A stretch of DNA of 248,000 nt from Octopus vulgaris (Eukaryota): the NCBI GenBank assembly GCA_951406725.2, contig OX597823.1, positions 38,212,001 through 38,460,000 of the forward strand, read 5' to 3'. Positions within the stretch are counted from its first letter, which is position 1, and each line of letters starts with the position of its first letter. Below are positions 85,308 through 101,236 of the stretch, piece after piece. The position numbers and the translations under genes are program-made. The notes below the pieces were generated by a model. The model was not told where the DNA came from and did no database searches. It worked only from the letters and a program-made list of their open reading frames with translations.

Positions 85308-88300
85308 TGACAGAGACAGAGAAAGACAGAGACAAAGAGAGAGACAGAGAGAGAGACAGAGACAGAGAGACAGATCCAATAACTTTCTTGGGAAGTTTCT
85401 ACAATGAGATAAGCAAAATTACTAAAACAATGATCCAGAAGTAAATAAATCTTAAAAGACTAAACCAATCCATTGCTATTATTTCTTTGTACTTGTTAAG
85501 AGAGCTGGAATTTAGAGATATACTGCTAAGGTGTATTAGCCAAGATGGTCTCAAGTATTACAGACATATGACTTCATGTAGTCTTCCTGTTGTTATTTTT
85601 TATATATATATTTTTTAATTTTTCTTTTAATTCCTCCTAACTGCATTCTCTATGAAAACTACAAGTGTTATTACAGTGTGATCACCACCACTATCACATT
85701 CCCCCCATCCTCACCACCATTACCATTATGACATTCATCGTGTTAGTGGTTGGAGGTTAGTTTATTAACATTTTTCATTTAAGTTTCTTCCCATGTTAAT
85801 TTTGTTTTCCCCTTAATAAATGCTATCCTACTACAATAAATTGTCAATAATAATATTCAGCTAAAAATATGGTTATAATATGGCCATTCAGTAATATAGA
85901 ATAGAAGTAATTTTTTTTGTCCTATGCCCAATCCCCAAATTTCAATACATAAGGACAGGTATGACTGTGTGGCTAAGAATATCAATATCACTTCTCAACT
86001 ACTTGGTTTCTGGTTCAGTCCTGCTTGGGTTGACCAAAGTGTAGTGAGAAAATTTGGGAAATGGAAAGCAAAAGAAGCCTGTCTTGTATGTATATATGTA
86101 TGTATGTGTGTGTGTGTGTATGTATGTGTGAGTGTTTGTGAAGGTGAGTGGCTTAGTGGTTAGAGCTATTCAGCTCACAATCAAAAGGCTGTGAGTTCAA
86201 TAAGCAAGACACTTTATTTCATGTTGCTCCAATCCACTCAGCTGACAAAAATGACAAATCATATTCTGTATCATACTGAAAACTACATTAAAGGTATGTG
86301 TGCCTGTGGAGTGCTCAGCCACATGCATGTTAATTTCATAAGCAGGCTGTTCCACCGATCAGATCAACTGGAACCTTTGTCGTGGTAACTGACAGAGTGC
86401 CAGATGATTGTTTGTCTCCTTATCTTGACATCACTCAGTGGTTACAAACAAGTAATGTCTCTTATTGCCAGTCTTTCATGGAAACATGTGATAATGAAGA
86501 TGGTTAGGATAGGTAAGAGCATTGGAGTACCCTAAATATAGTCAGAGTAAATGCTTTGTGATGTTTAACCCTAGCATCAACCCTTCTGGGTTTATATTAT
86601 ATGGTGAGTGACTTTGAATTTTGATCTTTTGAGGCTCTATGAAGTAAGAACTGTTTATGTATCAGGATTAATTCAACTCCATCCTTCTCTTCTTGACAAA
86701 ATTATGACTTGTGCCAAAGTTAAAAACCAATTTTATTATCTGGTTCATGTTTCAGATTTAAATTTTCTGTTTATTATTACATTTTCATGTTTTAATTTAA
86801 ATAATGTTATTTATTCTTTTCATTGCAACAATGGCATTGTTGAAATGAAAACAAATACTGTGTGATAAATAAGAGGATGACATATATCCCAAGAAATTCC
86901 ATTTACAATTTCTAGATTCATAAATTCTTATGATATATTGATAATATAATTAACTAATTAACTATTAGTTCCAAACCAATTCTTGACAATGTTGCGTGAT
87001 TATGTTATTTGTCTGCATTAAGATTTCCACAATACATGAGGTCTACTAATTTATAAAAGTGTTTATTTTTGTCTTTCACTGACATTTTTTGGTAAAATAA
87101 GACCATACACATTTGTCTGTGTTCTTGAAAATTAAGAAATTAACCCTCTATAAATTTATGTAGTATGACTGATTCCACTGAATTTAGGGATGTCATGTAA
87201 TTCTTTCTGATAATCTTTGAGATTGTCATTTGTAATAACCAGTAGTTCTATGTTATGTGCATTCTACGTGGATTATTTTACATACCAAAAATGTTTCCGA
87301 TTTTTTAAATCACCCTCGAAGAATGGAAGATAAAATGGAAACCAGGAATTGATCCTACAGCACAAAGAACTAACTAAAACTTCTACAGTCATGTCAATCT
87401 CTACAATCATGTATGCTACCAATATTTCATGACATTAAGATAGTGAGCTGACAGAATTGTTAGCGTACTGGGCAAAATGTTTAGCAGCATTTTGTCTGTC
87501 TTTACATCCTGAGCTCAAATTCCTCCAAGGTCGACTTTGCCTTTCATCCTTTCGGGGGTAGATGAAGAAAGTACCAGATGAACACTGAGTAGGGGGCCAA
87601 TGTAATCGACTTACCCTTCCCCTAAAATTGCTGGCTTTGTGCCAAAATTTGAAACCAATACTTCATGACATTCATTTTACAGGATTCTGGTTCTGCCAGT
87701 TTATTTTACCTTTCCTTTCCTTTTCTTAGACATTTGGTGTGATTTGTCATATGCTCTCAGTTTTCTGAATTTTTTTTTTTTTTGATAGGGAAGAGTCTTA
87801 ACAAATATTTTTTAATCTTATCAGTGATGCTTTTTATTTTATGACCCAGAATCAACCATGCCCGACAGAACAGCAGTTGATGTGTCTGGGAATGAAAATA
87901 AAGTTAAAGTTTAAAAAAAGTCACAATTTTGGTTATGAAATAAATTACAGAGAAAATATCACATTTCATATAAATACCATAAATGATAGAAGAGTTTAGC
88001 TTGTGTATGTTTAGCTTGTCTTTCTTGTCCTAAATTCTATATTCTCTATTAAATTGAGGAGAGAATGTACATCTTCTACACACAGATCTCAGAGTTCTAA
88101 TTAGAGTTAGGGCTTTTACAGTTGTTTGGGGAGCTAGGTAAACATCTAATTTAGACAATGGTGCTTAGGGAGCTAGATAAACACTTTTTCCAGACAATGT
88201 TGTTTGGGGAGCTAGATAAACATCCAATACCAGGCAATGGTGTTTAGAGAGTTAGACAAACTGATATCCTAGATTACACGTAAGTGTACATAAATTATCT

Positions 88301-88859
88301 TTAATTCAATTCAATACCCTAAATAAATCAACAAAATTAAAAAGTGTTATAAAATCAATTTATTGATTGAATTTGAATGATTTTTTTTTCCTGTGACACT
88401 TTTCTGCAATTTCTGTAACTTTTATTCTTAGGTCTGATATATATTGTATGATTGTAACAATGCTCATGATCTATTCTTAGTCTCAAATGTTGTTAGATTT
88501 CACAAATATTTCCTTTGTCTGAGCCATTTCATACCTTTGTGCTCTTTTTTTAATTAATGTCACTAATATACTAGGTTTCCTTCAATCAACAATAAATCTC
88601 TACTTACATTCAAAACCATTTTATTTAAATAACAGAAACCATTATTCATTCATTTGGTAGACCCCTAAAATATTGATTTCCCAAATCTCTCTCAATATAA
88701 AATTCTTTGTTTGTCTGTGTCTTCCCTAATCATTCTCAAACAGCTCCACCAAATCAAATTTTATAGGTGTCAACAGGTAATTTTTATTTTCATTTGGATT
88801 TAAACAATATAATATTTTCTCAAAAATGATCTTTCTGTAGTAAAGGACATTTTATACCA

Positions 88860-89420
88860 CGATGATGATGACATATATTTCGTATATGAGTGTGTATGTG
88901 TCTGTCAGTGTATGCATGTTTGTTATGTACAAGATAGTAAAGGATGTTTTATACCCTGATGACGACAATAACAACACATTTTGTATATGAGTGTGTATGT
89001 GTCTCTCAATGTGTGTCTATTTGTGCATTCGTTACGTATGACATAGTAATGGGTATTTTATACCACCACCACCACCACCACCACCACCACCACCATGACA
89101 CATTTTGTATATGAGTGTGTATGTGTTTGCTCATTCATTAAGTACAGGATAATAAAGGACATTTTATACCATGACAATATCGATGACACATTTTATATAT
89201 GAGTGTGTATATGTTTGTCAGTGTGTGTGTGTTTGTGTGTTCATTATGTACGACATAGCAAAGGATATTTTATGTCACCACCACCACCACCACCACCACA
89301 CATTTTGTACATGAGTGTATATATGTCTGTGAGTGTGTGTGTTTGCATGTTCATTACATACAATGACATAGTAAAGGACATTTCATACCATGACGACGAC
89401 GATGACACATTCTGTATATG
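88860..89420. repeat. Degenerate ~110-bp tandem repeat with embedded microsatellites
   Basis: About 5 units of gacacattttgtatatgagtgtgtat...tagtaaaggatattttatacc. Confidence 0.75.
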
Positions 89421-89559
89421 AATGTGTGCGTGTCTGTGAGTGTGTGTGTTTGCACATTTGTTACATAAATGTATGTCTGTGTGTGTCTGTCTTACTATAT
89501 GCATGTGAGTGTATGTGAGAGTGCATGTGTGTGTCAGTGTATGTGAGAGTGTATGTGTG

Positions 89560-90180
89560 TGTCAGTGTATGTGTGATTGTCAATTACACTGATGTAAGCT
89601 GGCTATGTGAAAGAGCTATACTGGCTCCAACTAATGAAATGGTTGATAAGCTCAATCACGAACTTCAAAAGTTAACAGACACTTCAGAAATTACTTTTCC
89701 ATCAATTCACACAATAGTCAATCAAAATTAGACTGTTGAAGACCCTGTTGAATTTCTGGACACACTTAAACCCACTGAGCTGCCACCACATAACTTGGCA
89801 CTAAACTGGATGCTCCCATTATATTGCTTAGGAATCTTGACCCACCTTGCCTGTGTAATGGAACTCACATAATTGTTACTTCCATGTCCAACAGGCAACA
89901 ATCATAACAGGTAATCACAAAGAAGAAAATGTATTTATTCCAAAATTTCCTCTTATACCCATTTAAGAGGCTTCAGCTTCCAGTCAAACTAAGTTTTGGT
90001 ATTTCAATTAACAAATCTCAGGGTCAATCCCTCAAGGTAGTTGGACTTCATCTCTCTACTACATGCTTCTCCCATAGTTGCTCATGATTTGGAAGCAGCA
90101 ACAGTTTATTCATTTCGATACCAACAAAAAATTACACAATGAATATTGTTCATCTGAGGTGCTTCAAGATTGACAGACTT
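89560..90180 (+). pseudogene. Helitron PIF1-like helicase C-terminal fragment
   Basis: ERAILAPTNEMVDKLN, EFLDTLKPTELPPHNL, PIILLRNLDPP.LCNGT, FKRLQLPVKLSF..SINKSQGQSLKVVGLHL. Confidence 0.88.
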
Positions 90181-92235
90181 TCAATTCTAAATCCTATTAT
90201 CATTACAATTTAGATATTTTAAAATAATTTTTTAAATAAAATATAGATATTTTGAAATGATGATGAGAAAAGTATATCTTCATATTTATTGTTCACCAAT
90301 CTGAATAAGAACAGCAGTAACCCAGGCAATGTCAGGTAATTCAGGAAATCATAAATTTTCTTATCTCAGTTACTATCTTTAATCTATACCCTATTTTATA
90401 TGATAACATATCTATTCATTCTCAATATGTTCTGACAGATTCAAACAAGAATAACTTGATTGCTGTTATTTTCATCATTGGAAAACATCTCCATTTAGAT
90501 GATGTCTTTTCAAAACTATGTGTGATTCACTATTATAATGGAAATTTGGGATGCCACTGTGTTTCAACCTTATTGTGTGTCTCCTCAGTCAAAGGTACTC
90601 CACTCGACCAATGAATCTGACAAGAGTACAGGTCTCTTGTTTATAGAAATCAACAAACAAGTTTGCTTCAGCAAAGAATTTGTTCGCTGATTCCTTTAAA
90701 CAAGAGCTTATACTCATCTGGTTCATTGATTTGGGGATAGCTTTTGACTGAGGAGACACAAAATATGGCTGAAGCACTAGTGTCTCAAACTCCACAAACA
90801 GTGGTGAATCACATATGTTATGAACACACATTATATAAAGGGAGGAGATGTTACCTAATGACAAAAAAAATTAAGATGTTAGCAATCAGATATTTACCAT
90901 TTGAATTTTTCAGGACATGTTGAGAATGAATAAATATATTATTGCAGAGTTCTGTGTGCTCCTTGTCAACTATTTTATATGATGCCTTAGAAGCAAGGTC
91001 TTTTCCTGTTTTACCTCAGAGGTTCATTCCTTAGAATGGATGCAATATAGGCAAATAGCCAAAAAGTTCATTTTGCAATCATGAGATTAGGGGTTTAATC
91101 CCACTGAGTAGCACCTTTGGCAAGTGTTTTACCTGGGTCAAAGAAAACCTTGTGAGTGAAAGTAGGTTGATGAAAACTATATTAAACCCCAAAGAAGTGA
91201 TTGTAAATATAATTCAAAGGTACATATTTGTCATACACTGATTCTGTCTAAGGAAAATGTTAAGTGTACATGGATCCATGGAACATTTAGCTAATCCAAT
91301 GAACAAATGAATCAGTTGAGCAAACAAGTGAAATCTCATTGTTGGAACCAATGCTGAACGATTTTGCACATTTCTACACATTTTAGTTCTAGAAATGGTT
91401 TAACCCTTTAGTGTTTAAACCGGCCATATCCAGCCCAAATATTCTACATGTTTTATATTCAAACTGGTGATATCTAACCGCTCACACCTAACCTACATTG
91501 ACATTCTAAAAATAAACAATCACATCATTGAAACCCCAAAGCTATCAGATAATGCTTGATTAATTCAAAACAATTTGAGTGAAAAAGCATTACATTTAAC
91601 AGAGTAATCTGAATACTAAAGGGTTAAAGCTCACACACAACAATATAGCAGACAGAACATGAATTTGTCCTCACTAGTTTGATGTAAAACTCCATAATGA
91701 TATTTAAAATGTCTTAGTTGTTTAATCAATTTGATACCAGCCTCATTAGTACCGTCTCTGGTTTTATGATAAAAACTTCCTGTTTTAAAGTCATCTCAGT
91801 TAAAACCTTCCATGAAAATTTCATACTATGCCTCAAGCACTAGTTTGCTAATGACAAAGTTATCTAATTAAATTCTTCATTAATTAAAAAAAGTAATTTC
91901 CATAGAACTATTGTAACAAAAGGGTTAATTCACTGCACCAAAACAAAAATTAGTCATAAGACACCTACTTCTGGTATCTACTGAACATCTATATCTAACA
92001 CAGACAATATGATTTGTGTCTGACTTATTTCGATACTTAATTCATATCTTATTTGTTTTTATTTCATTTTATATGCAGTTTCTGCATCAAATTGATTAAA
92101 TACTTGGCAACAACTAACTGGATGGGCTGGAACAGTTTAAAACATCTTTTCTGTAATGTTTTCATATTTGGACATAAAAAACGACTGCTTTGACTCTAAC
92201 ATGTCTAAAGGAGGGTGTGGAGGCAAATTACATAT

Positions 92236-92276
<41 letters not shown>

Positions 92277-92989
92277 GAATGTTTGGGATAAATTTGAGGA
92301 GTTTTTTATGTCTCCTTTTTTCAGAAATAGCTTCATGTATTGGTGAGTAGTCAATGGTGTTGGAGAGCATAACGCCTAAAGTTGTAGTCGAGAAAAAGTT
92401 AGCTGACTTAAAGGACTGGAAGACATTTGAATATTGGGAAAGAGTTACTTGTATCATAATGCTGGCATTATGACTGTTGCTCAATGTTCTGTATACGCTG
92501 TAAGATGTGACATGGACATCATGAAAACTGTAACAGTCACTGTGTGTCTCTAGTGAGAGTGATAGCATGCTGTCCCACATCTTTGAACAGCTCAGTTTAG
92601 GCAAGTATATGATATCTGCTGGAGACTGTGTGCAATGCCTTGTTGAACAGGATTGCTGCTAGAAGGCCATAAATGTGGCAGCAGGATCTGGTTTCTTATT
92701 TCTTTACTGCTCACAAGGGGCTGCACACAGAGGGGACAAACAGGAACAGACAAATGGATTAAGACGATTATATCGACCCCAGTGTGTAACTGGTACTTAT
92801 TTAATCGACCCCAAAAGGATGAAAGGTAAAGTCTATCCGGGCGGAATTTGAACTCAGAACGTAGCGGCAGACGAAATACTGCTAAGCATTTCGCCCAACA
92901 TGCTAACGTTTTTGTCAGCTTGCTGCCTTGGATTGCTGCTAGAAGGCCATATATGTGGCAGCAGGATCTGGTTTCTTGCTCTACCTTTG

Positions 92990-93300
92990 GAAATAGTCAA
93001 AGTGGTTGTTAGAAAATTTCTATGACTTCAATAGCTCCAATTTCTGGCTTCCTAATTCCCTTGATTGTAATCCCATGGAATACTATGTGTTAGATGCAAT
93101 TTGAGAAAGACACCAACTGCTCTACTTACAGCACCAAGGCTGAGCTGGTAGCCAAGATCAAGGAAGTGCTTCAAGTTCTTCTTAGGAATGCAGTGAAGAA
93201 TGCCTGCACTAGGTTTGGAGCCATCTTGAGGACGTGGTGGAAACTGAGGGTGGCTACATTGAGTAAACTGTTATCTTCCTGCCATAACCTTGAATAAAGT
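92990..93300 (+). pseudogene. maT-type transposase C-terminal fragment; related element at 133135-133870 (-)
   Basis: W(L)PNSLDCNPMEYYV motif and AELVAKIKEV. Confidence 0.7.
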
Positions 93301-94526
93301 GGCATAAGATTGTCAATAAAGTTGTATAGGATTGTCAACCTTTGGATTAGAATGTGTACTACAACTGGTTTAATAATAATTGACTAAATGCATCAGAATA
93401 TGATATTAAAGGACCCAGCAGAAACATGTGTTGAAATATAATATGAAAAAAATTTAATTTTTTTAAAGTGAATTTTAAAGATGTGTAGCTCTCTATTCTT
93501 CATTATTATTGTCTTGATATAAGACAGTGAGTGAGTAGAATCGTTAGCATGCCAGGCAAAATGCTTAGTGGCATTTCAGTATATATATATATATATAAAC
93601 CATCTTCTGCAAGTTCTTTCATTCAAGCATTCTTTCCCATAAACTGAGTATATGTTTTGAGTCGCTTCAGCTGCAGAGTTTCCTTTTTTGTACTCATAAA
93701 GCATTATGTACCTCAAATGCTCTTTGGATACTTTCATGTTAGAAAGGGTTTTATTCAAAGACATTTTAATTCTATTATTCTGTAAAATAATATTTCATTA
93801 ATTTAAATGTACACAAATGCATAAAAATAATTTTTAATTCCATTAGACATTCTAAAATACTATTAAATTTCATTCAATTTTTAAAAAAGGTAAAATCAGA
93901 CAGAAGTTATGGGATGACCTGATATATAGAGAGAGATACATTGGTGGCAAAATATAAAGTTATTATTTCTTGAAGCATATTATATTTTTTCTATTATAAT
94001 TTATAGAAAACTTTTTCTTTGGGACATAGATTCTGAAAGCCTAACTTGTTTCTCTCGAGGATGCAACGTTTCAGAGTTTTTCTGGGGTAAACTCATGTAC
94101 GTAACTACATACATTTGCATTTATATAGTAGAATATAGCCACACACATACTCATACATACACGTTTGTGTTTGCGTGTGTGTGTGTGTATGCACATATAG
94201 GGGTCACACCTTTGGTCATGAATGACCATGGAACAGCACCTAGAAAGTAACCCTCTGAGGCACAGGTCCGAGCAAGATTGTTTATGGAAGACCAGTGGTC
94301 AGTTATGCATACCAGCCTCTCCACTCCATGCCACCGATGTTATCCAAGGGAAAGGCAAAGGCCAATATAGCTTGGCACCAGTGATGTCACAACTCATTTC
94401 TATGGCTGAGTGAACTGGAGCAACATGAAATAAAGTGTCTTGCTCAAGAACACAACATGCAGCATGACCTGGGAATCAAACTCACAACCTCACAATCGTA
94501 AGCTCGAAGCTATAACCACTGAACCA

Positions 94527-94568
<42 letters not shown>

Positions 94569-95168
94569 TCCACCTATCCATCCAGCTGTACATACATACA
94601 TACATACACACATGCATACATACATACATACATACATACATACATACATACATACATACATACATACATAAACATATATATATATCATCATCATCATCAT
94701 CATCATCATCATCGTTTAACGTCCGTTTTCCGCGCTAGCACGGGTTGGACGGTTCGACCGGGGTCTGGGAAGCCAGAGGCTGCACCAGGCTCCAGTCTGA
94801 TCTGGCAGAGTTTCTACAGCTGGATGCCCTTCCAAACGCCAACCACTCCATGAGTGTAGTGGGTGCTTTTTACGTGCCACCTGCACAGGTGCCAGGGGGG
94901 TCCGGCATCGGCCACAATCGGTTGGAACTTTTAACGTGCTACCGGCACGGAAGCCAGCCAAGGCGGTGCTGGCAACGGCCACGTTTGGATGGTGCTTTTT
95001 ATGTGCCACCAGCACAGAAGCCAGTCGGGGCGGTGCTGGCATCGGCCACATTCGGATGGTGCTTTTTATGTGCTACCGGCACATATATATATACACACAC
95101 ACATACATAGAGAGATAGAGGAATGGAGAGTCAAGCTTTCAAATGTTTAAATTCAATACATGTATTTA

Positions 95169-95207
<39 letters not shown>

Positions 95208-98200
95208 TAGATATGTTGTAAAGACATTTCATAGAGATAAAACAACAGTTTAGCTCATACAAAAATGTGAAAAATGTGTCTATTTTTTAAGGAAAGATCA
95301 ATCACAAATGTTGTTTGTTATGAAAATAATGGAAAAGCTCTCAAGGGAAACTTCAACAACAAATAGCTGCATCATTATGTACATGTCATTCTGCATAGGT
95401 GAGTTATTGTGAGAAGTATAGAGTTCTTTTCATAGTCAAACAATTCTACAATTCATGCAGACACACACATATCCACAAAAAAAAAATGGTTTGAAAAATA
95501 TATAAAATCCAAACACACCACACCCAAAACATGGCACTGCATTAGTAACAGAGCTAAGTGCATACACAGAGTGATATATTTCTATTTTTATAGAAATACG
95601 GGTTTTTTCTCTCAGACAATGTTGAAAGCTGCTTAGCATAGGTCAAAGACTGATGGTTAGATTTGTTTTGTAATGAAAGTTAGCAAGATTTTAAGATATT
95701 CCCTAAATACATCAACTGGCACTTGACTCTTGAAGCTGAAATTTTAGATTATAACATCTTAATAAATACCCTGGCACAGATATCGAATATTCTCCTTCTT
95801 ATCTACTATATTACCACAATTATACATATATATCTTTTATCTTTTGTCTTTATATATATATAATTTTTTGTCTTTTATCTGTTTCAATTATTAGATTGAG
95901 GTCATGCTGGGGCACTACCTTGAAGAATTTTTAGTCGAATGGATTGACCTCAGTACTTATTTTTAAGTCTGGTACTTATTCTATTGTCTCTTTTTGTCGA
96001 ACTGCAAAGTTACAGGGATGTAAATAAACCAAGCGGTGATGGGGGACAAACACAGACACAAAGACACTTCCCCCACACACATACACACAACCACACACAT
96101 ATGATGGGCTTCTTTCAGTTTCTGTCCACCAAATCCAGTCACAAGGCTTTGGTTGGTCTGAGACTATAGTAGAAGACACTTGCCCAAGGTGCCTCACCAC
96201 TGGACTGAACCTGGAACCATGTGGTTGGGAAGCAATGATTCTAATTACACATCCATGCCTAGACCTATATAAATATACATATGCATACACACACACACAC
96301 ACAGATACACATATATATTCTCTTTCATTTAGTTCTCCATTAGTTTTGTCCAGAAGCTGTGGCCATGCTGGGGCATTGCCATCAGCATTAATGCTTGTTT
96401 ATTTTGGCCTTTTTTTCCGGACCTAGCTCTGGAATTGGCCCTGAAGTAGTGATCTGGACAGAGCTGCCCATCTTTACATTTCTTGCTGTGATAGGGGTTT
96501 TTGAGGTATCTCAAAAAAGAATTTGTCTAAATGTTCTATGAACACATCCTGTCTATTTCTTGTATATCTCTGAGGTCTTTTAGTATTGAAAAGTTGCAGT
96601 CCTTTGAACTGTAAGCTGTTAGAATATATGCTGGATTGAGAGGGTGAGATTTTTGGTACTATGCAGTGACATCCAGTCTGGTTATTGGTATAGATTTCAA
96701 TTCCAAAGTTGGATGCTACACCTTGTAGGACCTTCCGTGGATATATAACTGCATATCTTTCACTTTCTATTTCTAGGGAGTAGAACCTCAGTCCTTTTAG
96801 CCTGCTCCAAGTAACTCACCTGTTGCCACAAGGCAATCTTCTTGGTGTTGTGGCATTGATTGCCTTAAGTTCTGCTTCTGAAGTTAGGTTAATGCTTACA
96901 CCACCACACCCACCATCATCATTTAATGTCCTTTTTCCATGCTGGCATGAGTTGCATGATTTGTCAGGAGCTGGCAAGTGGGCCACCCTTCCTAACACCA
97001 ACCACTTTACAGAGTATACTGGGTACTTTTAACATGGCATCAGCACCAGTATCGGTTCTGCTGTGGTAAATGGGTCTTCTTGAGTACAGCAACTTACTAG
97101 GTATCTTGGTCCTTTGCCATCTTCATAAGGCTCAGTGTCTTGAGATTGGCCTTCAGTACTTTATCCCATATCTTCCTGGGTCCCTTCTTTCACAAGTTCC
97201 ATCTTTCACAAGTTCCACTTTAAGTGATAAAGTCTTCTGTATGCAACTGCTTACATCCATACGCATCCTTTATTGCTGAGCATTTTCTCTCAGATATCCA
97301 GTTCTTGGGTGCAGTCTGTCTAAGAGTGTCTTAATTTCAAGGCTGCTCTATCAAATCAATTCTGGTACTTATAGTGAAGCAGGATATGCATGCAACTTGA
97401 GGTCCCTCTAATATGCCTCACTATTTTGTGATATTTAGTGGCATCTAAGAGCTAACATCATTGGTGATCCTCAATTTTCAATCACATGATATTTATACAT
97501 TTGAGAACTCTAATATTTTGATGTTATTTTGAAAAATACTTTCTGAAATTTTGAAAGATACTTTCTGTCCAACAGACAACAGGTGGTATGGAATAAACAA
97601 GTGAGAGCAAAATCTCCTTTCTAACATATTTTCTGGTGTTTATGAAACTAATTAAATATAAGTCTATGGGTCCAATATGCATCCAAGTTGTTTCATGATT
97701 ATTCATTTGTTGGAAAAATGAGTTTGTAACAGAAAAGTCAAGTTCATTATAAAAAGACAGCAGATGCTGTACATTGTTAATCAATCTAACCACACCATGT
97801 TTGCCAATCACATCAGACTGATTCTCATAACTAGAACCTAGTTTAATACAGAGGTATTAAAGCCACCAAGCAGTAGGAACTTTGTTATTAGGTGGGTTTT
97901 TTTTTTGTGTATGTGTGAAACGACAAACAGTAAACTACCATTAAAAAAATGTCTACATTGAATAAACTGAGTTTTCCACCCTCAGATCTAACTTCTATGT
98001 CACAATAAATAACTTTTATGTCACAATAAATTTTCTACCTCACCTTATCCAGTAGAACATGTAGATTTCTAGTATTTCTCCTTCTTTGACTGCCAAGAAA
98101 ACAAGTTTCACTGAGAGCAGCATTATTAATACTATATTTGATTAAGACTTGTGAGACAAGAGTCTTCTTCCTCTCAAACCAGAAAGCATCATCTTAAAGA

Positions 98201-99582
98201 GTTGGCATATTCCAAGACCCAACATTCAATTGCTTCTAGCAGTTTACTTAGAATCTTTTAGAGTATTTCATCATCGTCGTTATTGCTGTCGCTGTCATCG
98301 TTGTTGTCACTATCACCATCACTGTTGGTGATGGCAGTACTGTCACTGTTGCTGTTGCTTGTCGCTATTGCTGTTGCCATTGTTATCACCGTTGCTATTG
98401 CTATTGCTGTCGCCATCTCTATTGCTGTTGCCACTGCTACCCCCTCTGCTGCTGCCTTTGCTGCTCTTGTCATCGTCATCATCATCATCATTTAACCCTT
98501 TAGCATTTAAACCGGCCATATCCGGGCAAAAGTATTCTACCTGTTTTATGTTCAAACTTACCAGATCTGGTCTCTCACACCAACCCTACAATATCGTTTT
98601 AAAAATTAACAGCTACCTCATCAAAATCTCATAGCTACAAGATAATGCATGATTAATTCAAAACAATGTGGATAAAAAAGCATTAGTTCTGGCAGAATAA
98701 TGTGAACACTAAAGGGTTAAAGTCTGCTTTTCATGCTGGCATGGGTAGGATGGTTCAACAGGATCTAGTGAACTAAAGGACTGCATCAAGCTCCCATGTC
98801 TGCTTTGGTATTTCAACTGCGGGATGCCCTTTCTAACATCAACTGCTTTACAGTGTATATCAGTGTATGTATGTCAGGGTAGTGGATGCGCGGTCATAGG
98901 ATCGTGGTTTTGATTCCAGGCATTGTGAGTGTTTATTGAGCAAAAAGACCTAAAGCTCCATGCATGTGTGTGTGTGTATACAGTAAGATAATAAAATGGT
99001 TAGAATGCAGCAGCAAGAATTTTGGAGAAAGTGTAATTTGAGAAGATGTAATTGATGTTGTTGTTGTTGTTAAGCAACAAGATGGGTAAGGGTGATTAGG
99101 TGATGGTCTAGGGCTTAGGGGCGGGAGACCCCAGACCTTGGAAAAAAAACTTTGGTTGTCTTGTTGTAGTTGAGGGGGCTCTTTGTTGACACCCGACATC
99201 ACTGGGAGGTGTCCCTCGAAGTTGCTAGAAATGGAGATCTCCAGGTCCAAATTCTTGAACGGCAGATGTAATTGATGGAGCACAATGTCTCATGTGCAAG
99301 CTTTCTACGTATGTATCTATCTTTCTATCTATCTATCTATACACATACATACATATATATTCTTTTATTCTTTTACTTGTTTCAGTCATTTGACTGTGGC
99401 CATGCTGGAGCACTGCCTTTAGTTGAACAGATTGACCCCAGGACTTATTCTTTATAAGCCTAGTACTTATTCTATCAGTCTCCATTACCGAACTGCTAAG
99501 TTACAGAGACTTAAACACAGTCAAGCAATAGTGGGGGTAGGGTACAAACACAGACACAAAGACACACACATAAACATATATA

Positions 99583-99749
<167 letters not shown>

Positions 99750-101050
99750 ACAGGCTTCTTTCAGTTTCCATCAGCCAAATCCACCCACAAGGCTTTGGCT
99801 GGCCTGAAGCTATAGTAGAAAACACTTGCCCAAAGTGCCATGCAGTATACAGTAGGTACAAATGAAAGAAAATTGCTCTCAACACATGGGAATTAAAAGT
99901 AGTTATTTGCAGGTTGACTTTACTCCTCATTATTTAGAGTTTCATAGACACAGATCAATACTGAAGCTCTCAGATGCTTAACGACAAGGTGAGAATATAT
100001 AAAAATGGCTTCTAAATGGGAATAAATAGGGTCCAACACAGATCACTCTAGCTTATGTGAATAAATCGGCAATACAGCAACAGATAATCCTGTTTGTGGT
100101 TCCATGTGATAGGGAGAACAGTCTAATAATGCCAACCACTTGACAACCTATGGGTATTTCCAACTTAATGACTTTGGTTAAGAATGAGATGTATGTCTGC
100201 TGTTCTATATAGCAGAGTTTTTTTATCTTTGTATGTTAGATATATAATGTATTGAAACTGGTGGGGAAAGAAAGTACTTACATGATGCAATACTATTACT
100301 ATTACACCAGACTCAACACTCTGAACCATGGCACACAGTGAACTGCTTACCAACTTGAACTGCCAATTGCTCACAGTTCTTTAATTTATAACAATGAGTC
100401 AGTCCACCTTTAGTCACTTGAGGGATGATCAGAATCCTTCCATAACACAAAGTAACAAGTCAGGTGTTGTCAGGTTATTTATAAGTGTATAAGAAATGTT
100501 ACATGAAAATTTAGGCCTGCTGTGTCGGGTTACTGGATGATGCTTCTGTGACTAGGTTTTAGGTCTGGTAGGCCACTATGATGGTCAGCAGAAAGGGGAC
100601 TAATCTCACTATGAGCAAGCAGGACTTCTTTACAATGCAATTTGATAAGGGCCAGCTAGATTTATGATGATTTTTCTGCTTTATCAGCAGCCAATAGTTT
100701 ACATGGCAACAATTTAATAGATTAGTTTTCTTGATGATGAATAGTGTTGGCAGCTGCAGTATATGCAGTTCCTCACAGAGCTAGAGATGGTTATTAGAAG
100801 CTTCAAGTGAGGAAGGCAGCTCTCTGTCAAGGTGTTCTATGTAATTTTGGAGAAGTCATTTTCAAGGAGTTTCTAGATGAAGGAAAGATGGAATTTTCCC
100901 TATCCCTGTATCAGAAGGAGTGCCTATGTAGTGTAAATCTTCCTTTGAAATTACTAGCTGTTATGCTTGGAAATTTTGTTATAATATCATCAGATTGTGT
101001 GAGGATATTTCTTTGTATCATGATCTTTGAATAGTAGGATGCTCATGGTG

Positions 101051-101236
101051 CAGTGCTGCACAACGGGTATGCTGTGACACACTGGTGAGTCACGAGACGG
101101 TGTTAGGTGTGCTGCAGTGTAATATAAATTTAATTTTTTCCTCTATACTTTTAGTTATATTTTTAGTTCAGGTGTGCTGCCATATTTTGAAAAGAATATA
101201 AGTGTACTGCAAGGGAAAAAAAGTTGCGGAGCACTG
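101051..101236. mobile_element. hAT-type MITE
   Basis: TIRs cagtgctgcacaac / gttgcggagcactg; degenerate 8-bp flanks tcatggtg / tcataatg. Confidence 0.6.

Noticed and set aside
90589-90864. 91-aa non-repetitive minus-strand ORF containing a 17-bp inverted repeat
   Set aside because: No recognisable domain and no convincing splice sites in any frame; cannot be supported without a homology search.
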